From Octopus sinensis (Eukaryota): a stretch of 64,000 nt of DNA. Within the stretch, counting starts at the first letter, position 1. The number at the start of each line of letters is the position of its first letter. The notes below the pieces were generated by a model, which searched no databases, was not told the origin of the DNA, and saw only the letters and a program-made list of their open reading frames with translations. This document shows, piece by piece, positions 55,950 to 64,000 of this stretch. Both the position numbers and the translations under genes were made by a program. The stretch spans positions 95,852,001 to 95,916,000 of the forward strand of contig NC_042998.1 of assembly GCF_006345805.1 (NCBI RefSeq), in the 5' to 3' direction.

Positions 55950-57025
55950 GAGGTTAAACAACCATTTAAGGGATAATAAATATCCAATATACTGTTGGAT
56001 ATATACTTACGTATTTATATCCAAGTGTTACTGTTGCAAGGCAATAGCGCAATTGAATAATAGTTATGAGTGGGGGTAAACAGAAATAGGTTGGACAATA
56101 ATTAAGCCCCAAAGCTTCATCAGAGAGTCCATAATGGTAAGAATCAAACATGTGAGGAAGTAAAATAAAATAATATAAATAAAAATAGTAAGGAATGGTA
56201 AAAAGAAAAGTCGATTCCAAGGTAATATCCATAGGTTATGAGATTACATCTTATATCAATTTACAAGAGTAAAACGTTATAGAGTGTGGTTAATGGGATG
56301 GTCCATATCATAGGGATCATTAGTTAGAAGCCAAAGCATTTGCCATAGAATATCCATAAAATTAACAACATTAACTTAGTGTGAACTTAGTCGGGGAAAT
56401 CAATAAGTAACTATATCAAAGAGGAAATAATTTGGATACAAAAATCTCATCATAATACCCTTATGATGAGTAGGGTGAGGCCAATGCTAATCCTACAACT
56501 TAATTGGTCTGCTAATAATTAAAAACAATGGCGTTGTTCGGGTCCGTTAAATCTATCAATACAATACAAAACAAATAAACGAAAAAAAAAATATTCAAGG
56601 AATGCATTGTCTAAGGGGTCTTAAATACAAGGAGGGGTAATAAATAATACGTGCGGTTAGGGACATGTTGTTCTGTTATGAATACATTTCTTATTGAAAA
56701 ATATGTGTCTGAACGAGAAAAGAAAAGATGAAAAAAAAATTAATGAAAATAATTTTATTATTACGGACTAAAGCTAAAGGGAGGTAACCATGTGATACAC
56801 TATAATAGAATATGGAGGAAGATTTGCTTATACCCAATAAACACAGATGCAATCCATCCATACTCACACACACACACACACACACAGATACACAACACCT
56901 ACACACCCACACACATATACATCTAGACACAAACATACATACATACATATATATATATATACACACACATACGCACTCGCATTCCCATAACACCATACAC
57001 ACACATACCCATATACACACACGCA

Positions 57026-57065
<40 letters not shown>

Positions 57066-58650
57066 TTTGTACTTGTTTCAGTCATTTGACTGCGGCCATG
57101 CTGGAGCACCGCCTTTAGATGGTGAAAGAGTACAGCAGGGATCACCACCATCCCCTGCCGGAGCCTCGTGGAGCTTTTAGGTGTTTCGCTCAATAAACAC
57201 ACACAACGCCCGGTCTGGGATCGAAACCGTATCCTCCGACCGCAAGTCCGCTGCCCTAACCACTGGGCCATTACACATATACATACATATAAATAAATTA
57301 GGCACTAAAATAAGGTTAAGGTTAATTTCAATAATAGAGAGGAACAGGGGTATTCAGGTTAAGGTAGAGGTAGAGATTAAAGGAAAATAACGAACCTATG
57401 TGGTATTATAAATGTATAAGGTTGTAAAGTTAATTGCAATTATAATAACCATTATTCAGATTAGGATAGAGATGAAAGGAATGTTATTTTGGGGGTAGTT
57501 TGTCATAAGATGTATATGAATACACCTACATGCATAAATATTAATAAGTATATGAATCAACACTCACAGATAAATGCTTAGAAATATATGTAGTACCACC
57601 CTCAGGAGGATGGTATGAGAAAATATATATAATAATGAAATATATATATGAATAAAATAATATATAGGGTATATGGAATTGGTTACCTTACACATATAGT
57701 GGAAAAGAATAACATTCAATATATAGTGCTCAGACTAGGAAAAAGGGGTAAGGAAGGGACTAAAAAAGGAAGTAATATTACCTATAATAATCATAGGGGT
57801 ATAATACAGATAATGATGCTTATGGGTTGATATGTTTGCAATTCAGAACAAAAATTAAGGAATAAGTGACCAGTGACAAATAAATAAAGTGGGATAGATT
57901 TAGAGGTACTAGAAATATTCAATCAGACAAAGAGGTATAAAGATTTACACTGTGGAGGTGGAGTCCAGTCCCAACAATATGTTAATATCAAAAGAGAAAG
58001 TAATACTAATAACAATTAATATTAATAATTCCTAGAGAAAGTGTGTTTAGCTTTAGGAAGGCAGAATGCATTATTTTTTTTTTTTACTATTAAGTAGAGG
58101 AACGTTGGCCTTTAATATAAAGAGGATTTCACTAATACACAAATAACATTTATTATTCCTTCAATCATACGCTGAAGCTGAGGCTAAAATTTTCCAGTGG
58201 AGGTCATAACTCTTATCTTTAAGATCCCATATATAATTACTTAAACCAGGGAATTTCTTCCTATTTCTGTTTCTAAAAGTATACAAATGGTAATTCAGTC
58301 TACATTTCATGTGGTTTTGGGGTAGGCCCACATAAACCCTTTTACTCGACTGTGTAGTAACTATACATTGGTAAACTATTTCTTTTTTATTGCAATTATT
58401 ACTAAATTACTAATTCGGTCGTCTATATTTCAAGGGAGGTAACTTTAACAAACTACAGTACAGTCCCTTGATAAATATTTGAAGTTATATTACACGAATT
58501 CTTTACATAGTTACCGAAAGGAGTGCTATATAGTCAGACGTTCTGGATACAAGCAATCAAATTCACGCACACCTACTTACCCTCTTAATTATGATTCTAT
58601 ACGTCTACTTTCATAGGAGGTGTCTTGTCTTTTATTTGGGATATTTAGAG
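55950..58650 (-). mobile_element. Very old L1/Tx1-like ORF2 remnant, interrupted
   Basis: Faint minus-strand motifs in L1 order: RG..GC-like, a YxDD-like site near 58420, and ILWQMLW. Confidence 0.35.
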
Positions 58651-58716
58651 CAATAATTCATAGTGTAGGTGAATTATTACTCATTCACACACGCATACAC
58701 ACGCACGCCGCACGCA

Positions 58717-58812
<96 letters not shown>

Positions 58813-58827
58813 ATAAACACACACACA

Positions 58828-59036
58828 TTAATTCCTCGACTATTGCGGGTGTTACGACTCCGCACCCGCGATGGGTGAAAATCCGCGAAGTAGAAGCAGT
58901 ACTGTACTATATATTTTTAAAATTATTTTTATAATTTGTATATATTTTTTAATTGTAAAGCAACACCACTGAGGAATCGACGTAAGCTTAATAGTAAAAC
59001 GCGATAGGTGAACCGCGATATGGTGAGGGATTACTG
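58828..59036. mobile_element. Tigger/pogo-type MITE
   Basis: attcctcgactattgcgg ... ccgcgatatggtgagggattactg followed by TA. Confidence 0.7.
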
Positions 59037-59066
59037 TATGTATTTATATATATATCTATCTATCTA

Positions 59067-59149
<83 letters not shown>

Positions 59150-59151
<2 letters not shown>

Positions 59152-59405
59152 ATTATATTTGTATAGGATACAAATGTCTGTATGCTAAAGGACGACGCCG
59201 AATACGTCCTACCACTTTGAATATTCCTTCCACATATAATTACACATATAATTATATATTCGAATATTCACTCCACATATAATAATATGTGTAATTGTAT
59301 GCGGAGTGAATATTCGAAGTGGTAGGGTGTATTTGGCGTCATCCTTCAGCATATAGGCATGATAGCTTTTGTGCCCTTAAGTGTAATTGTATCCTAAACA
59401 ATTAC
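59150..59405. repeat. Foldback element with about 75-bp arms
   Basis: tatgctaaaggacgacgccgaatac...aattacacatat pairs with atatgtgtaatt...gtatttggcgtcatccttcagcata. Confidence 0.8.
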
Positions 59406-59645
59406 ATACCTTTATAAATGTATTTTACCTAAAAGGTTTTTTTATATGCTGGCCACTGATAAGATACATTAATTTTAATGATTTTATCCCCTAATTATGT
59501 TTCATATATATATAGTGAAATGTGTACTTCAGCCGAAATTGCGAGGATGATCCAGTTCTTGACCGAAGATTAAAGGCTTCGAATGACACGTCCGTGTTTT
59601 TTGTATCGTCTATCTGAATGTTTTGCATTCTTGTCCCATTTTGTG

Positions 59646-59680
<35 letters not shown>

Positions 59681-60178
59681 CAGAATCATTACTCTCTGTC
59701 GGTTGCTAGTGTGGAACCTCGCTTGGCCCTACCTGAGATTCGAAACTGAATCTGTAAATTCTCCCTAGCCAACGATCTTTTGTTTTGTCAGGAATAAACC
59801 GACCGGTTCGAAATACCGTCTCGACAGAGCGTCATAGAGGGACAGCTACGGAATTCACCAACGATACAGTTGTCCTGTTTGCCACTCTCTTATTTTCTCA
59901 CTCACTCACTTTCGACAACATCACTTATCTATTTAGTTATGGCTGCTAGAATGGCAGGGAATAACTAAGTCCAATGCAATCTACCCTTTTGCAAGAAAAT
60001 ATGATTCTCGTTACCTCGTATGCTTTACCACTGTTTTTATACATACCTGCCTGTCGTGGTTTAGCTTTTATCATATGTAATGGAGAAATATCTACAATTT
60101 CGACCACTATCTTTCTTTAAACATCATCATTTTCGCCCTCAACATAACAACTCACGTTACATTCTGGTAATCACTCAG

Positions 60179-60222
<44 letters not shown>

Positions 60223-60240
60223 ATATATATATATATATAT

Positions 60241-62510
60241 CATCAGCAGCATCAACATCAGCATCCTCATCATTATCATCATCAACATCATTTAACGTCC
60301 GTTGTCCATGCTGGCACTTGTTGGACGGTTTGACCAAACCTAGTTAGCTGGATGGCTGCACCAGACTCCAGTCTGATTTGGCATGGTTTTCTACGGCTGG
60401 ATCTCTTTCCTAACACCAACCCCTTCGAGAGTGTAATGGGTGCTTTTACGTACTACCGGCATGGGTGCCATTTGCATGACACCGATATCTGCCACGACTG
60501 TGATTTTGTTCGGTTTGATGGGTCTTCTTCTCAAGCATGACATAATGCCAAAGGTCTTGGTCATTGCCTGCCCAATGCTTTAAAGAAACTCAGCCACTTT
60601 TCCTCTGTGAAGCTCAACACTTGAAAAGAACTTAACTACTTTGCCTCTGTGAGGCCCAACACTCAAGAGGAACTCAATCACTTTGCCTCCATGAGACCCA
60701 ATGCTTGAACAGTGCTCTTTGCATGCCACGAGCATGGGTCCAGTTACATGACACCAACATCAGCCATGACTACGATTTCACTTGGCTTGATGGGTCTTCT
60801 CAAGCACGGTATATTGCTAAAGGTCTTGGTCACTAGTCATTACCTCTGTGAGGTTCAAAGATCATGCTTCACCACTTTGTCCCATGTTTTCCTGGGTCTA
60901 CCTCTACCACAGGTTCCCGCCACAGTTAGAGATTGGCACTTCTTTACACAGCTGTCCTCATCCGTACGCATCACATGACCATAGCAGCACAGTCGTCTCT
61001 CTTGCACACCACATCTGATGCTTCTTACGTCAAAAGGCTTTCTCCAAGTCAACAAAGGCCAAGTACAGAGGTTTATATTTGGCTATGTATTTCTCCTGCA
61101 ACTGTCTTACAAGAAATATAGTATCAGTAGCGCTTCTCCCTAACACAAAACCAAACTGCTTCTCATCTAGGCTAACTCTCTCCTTGATAAGTTGGGCTAT
61201 GACTTTCTCCACAACTCTCATCACCTGATCCAACAATTTGATACCTCTGTAATTATTTCTATCTAAGGCATCACCTTTACCTTTGTAGCAGTTGACTATG
61301 GTACTGCTACACCAGACATTGGTTATGACTCATTCGTGAACCACCTGATATACAATACAGGTAACCCACACCGCCAGATATTTTAAGCATCACAGTAGTG
61401 ATTCCTGACAGACCGGAGGTTTTTCTTGTCTTCATATCCTTAATTGCTTTATCTACCAACGTACTGTCGATTCGGGTAGCTGGTCCCTCAATTGGGTCAA
61501 CCTTTGGCAGACTCTCCTCCTCCTATTCATTCTCCGCATTCAGCAGTTTGCATAATGGCATTTCCAAGCCTACTTCTTCGCAGGATCATTAAATTCAAGT
61601 ACACCATGATCCCTGCGGACACACTTCTCTCCTATGACATCACGATTTTCTCTCACACAGTCTTGCAATCTGAAGCACTTCACTTCTTTGGTCCTCACGT
61701 CACTGAACATAGGCAAACTTCTTTTCCGTTTTTCTGTTTTTCCCTTGGCTAGATATACCTAGTTTTCCTTCTGGCTATCTGATACAGTTCCCTGCTATCC
61801 CCACTCTTCCAATCCTTCCAGGCCCGTTTTTTGCTCTAATGGCCCTTTTGACCACATTGTTTCACCACCACATTACTCTAGGTCTGGATGGAACTTCGCA
61901 CCACCCAAAGATTTGGTCTGCGACACTCAACAAGCTGTCTCGCAGGAATTCCCAGTTGCCCTCTATGTCTCTCTCATCAAATCTCTCAATTAGGATGTCC
62001 CTAAATCTTTGAGCACATGAAGGGTTTTTAAGCTTCCCAATCTTTCTTTTCTAGATTGGTCTGCTTCTTGGCATTCTTCTGGCCTGGAGTCTAAAATCAC
62101 TAATGACTAGTCTATGCTGGGGGATACATTCTTCACCAGGGAGGGTCTTTGTATTTAAGAGCAACCATGCATCCCACTGCCTGGTGAGAATGTAATCGAT
62201 CTGGCTAGAATAGTCACCTGATTGGTAGATTATCAGGTGGCTAGTCGTCTTCCTGAAGTTGATGTTGCAGATCAATAGGTTATTTACATTACAGAACTCC
62301 AGTAGCTTTGTTCCCTCTTCATTTCCGGAACCAATTCCGTACATGGCCCTCATGTACACCATAGAAAATACTGAGCTGCCGTCTGACATGCCCATTGAAT
62401 TCCCCAGCCATGAAGATGAGATCCTTGTTATTCGTCTTCGAGGTAGCCTGAATAAGAATATCATAAAAATGAACTTTGCTATTCTGCAAGACTAGCACTC
62501 TATCACTCAT
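60241..62510 (-). pseudogene. RTE-clade LINE, 5'-truncated, with an internal RT deletion
   Basis: APE domain (MAGEFNGH, SQIDYIL, QHRLV), then NYRGIKLL, QFGF..GRSATDTIF and AFVDLEKAFD joined near 61030 to RRLCCYGHVMR..GRGRPRKTW. The 3' UTR has about 42-bp tandem repeats (60572-60710). Confidence 0.9.
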
Positions 62511-62519
62511 ATATATTCA

Positions 62520-62795
62520 TATCTTTTTATGCGCCCTTTTCAAGCCTAGCCAGGCTCATGGGCCCGGTTTCCCGGTTACTATGGCGTATATGTTCCCCCC
62601 AGCTGGACGGGACGCTAGTCCATCGCAGCGTTACTCAAGAAACAGGAAGAAAGAGTGAGAGAAAGTTGGGGCGAAAGAATATAACAGGTTTCGCCACCAC
62701 CCCCTGCCGGAGCCTCGTGGAGCTTTAGGTGTTTTCTCTCAATAAACACACACAACGCCCAGTCTGGGAATCGAAACCGCGATTGCGCCTCCACG
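62520..62795 (-). mobile_element. SINE family B with an internal deletion near the head
   Basis: Near-identical to 14155-14458. Confidence 0.85.
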
Positions 62796-63046
62796 TATAG
62801 ACATATATGTGTGTGAGAACATTTTGAACATTTTGTAGTGTCCAAAAAGTTAGATTTGTAATAAAGATTCTTTATATCAAAGAAGTAGCTTGCAATTGCA
62901 AGTATTTAGAATATGAAAATATAACAAGTAAAAAATGTGACATGAGCACTTACAGGATTTAATCCTATATAAACTATATAAACTCAGCTAACAGTTAAAA
63001 AATGGAGAAGAGAAGATGTTAAAAGCTTTTATAAAGTTTTAATCCA

Positions 63047-63160
63047 TGCATACGATCGTTTCAAATGATAATACCAACATGTAAGAAACATGGAAAAATT
63101 AAATTAATTATAATAATAATCAAATTGATTTAATTACGTATTACCATTCTCCTCAGTGCA
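63047..63160 (-). ncRNA. Minimal type-I hammerhead ribozyme with extended stem II
   Basis: tgca CTGAGGA gaatggtaatac...gtattatcattt GAA acgatcgt A tgca. Full core, 12-bp stem II base (two G-U pairs) and GUA triplet, with predicted cleavage at 63051/63050. Confidence 0.85.
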
Positions 63161-64000
63161 AAAGATAAAGCTAACATCAAAAAAGGTATTAACAAAAGAA
63201 TATTACAATGAAACTACAGAGAGCCTGTGTCGGATAAACTCGATCGGATATTCATAAAAAGATTGTGAAAGAGGGAAAAAGAGATATAGGAACATATTTA
63301 TGTAGTGTTGAGTCTATCTTTGTAAGAACTAGAACTGTTTTGGCCAATTGATATTTTTAAATATATATATTCTTTTGCTTGTTTCAGTCATTTGACTGTG
63401 GCCATACTAGAGCACCACTTTTTCAGTCAAAGAAATCAACCCCAGGACTTATTCTTTGTGAGCTAGGCAATATATGTATTACAAAAAATATATGTATGGG
63501 CCATTGGTGAATATAACAAGTAATCAAGTGTGGAACATCAGGAAAAGTTGTTACTGACTGTAGATTTATTGTGTTGTATAACAAAGAATAGTTGGCATGA
63601 ATAAGTGACCAGATGTTAAGGCGGCAACCACTTGAAACTTGTTGAAACAAAGGCAGGCATCAAAAGCAGGAAGCAAGTGGAGTGTCTCACAAACTGAAGA
63701 AGGGGCGGGTTGTCTGCATGTGGTTTGTTTAGATCAGAATTGCTGGACAAAAGCACCATTGGATCAATGTTTCTAGGAAAGTAATTACTGGCACTTGTAT
63801 TTCTGTTAGAATGATAAGGGATTGTCTGTGTCTCAGTGAAGAACAAATACAACAGAGGAATTTTATTTGAAAACACTGCATTTATTTTCCCTTGCTTTTG
63901 TTTTGACCTATATATATATATGAGTGCATGTGTATGTGTACGTGTGTGTGAAGGAGGGGCATTGGAGGAGGTGGCCTTGTGCCTGATGAGAGGTTAGAGT

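Noticed and set aside
60572-60710. CRISPR-like periodic 42-bp repeats
   Set aside because: These are head-to-tail degenerate repeats without unique spacers, inside an RTE 3' UTR of eukaryotic DNA with no cas genes.
63616-63876. Possible host terminal exon on the minus strand (pyrimidine tract, stop, downstream AATAAA)
   Set aside because: No recognisable protein similarity or partner exon is visible; it cannot be supported without RNA-seq.

Overview
AT-rich, repeat-saturated eukaryotic DNA. The SINE families, (TA)/(TATC)/(TACA) microsatellites and transposon mix resemble an Octopus (cephalopod) genome; this is inferred, not database-checked. I see no convincing intact host gene. Nearly all ORFs in the track are microsatellite read-throughs or decayed transposon fragments: Chapaev3-type, mariner, Tc1, hAT and Tigger MITEs, a Helitron, a Penelope-like RT, R4/Dong-like, RTE, CR1 and L1/Tx1-like LINEs, and solo LTRs. 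There is also a U6 snRNA retrocopy. The main signal is a set of minimal type-I hammerhead ribozymes, three with a full core and good stems plus several decayed ones. They have palindromic stem III and often a long stem II, and sit in roughly 0.4-0.6 kb non-coding units next to (TA)n-type repeats. One unit is present as a 564-bp, more-than-monomer tandem that stops close to the ribozyme cleavage site. This suggests a retrozyme-like (circular RNA) system mobilised by Penelope-like elements. Other oddities are a 1.1-kb spacer-less palindrome, a structured GC-rich island fused to an RTE 3' end, a solo LTR containing an older LTR end plus PBS, and a templated-insertion scar. All coordinates were read by eye and element edges are approximate.
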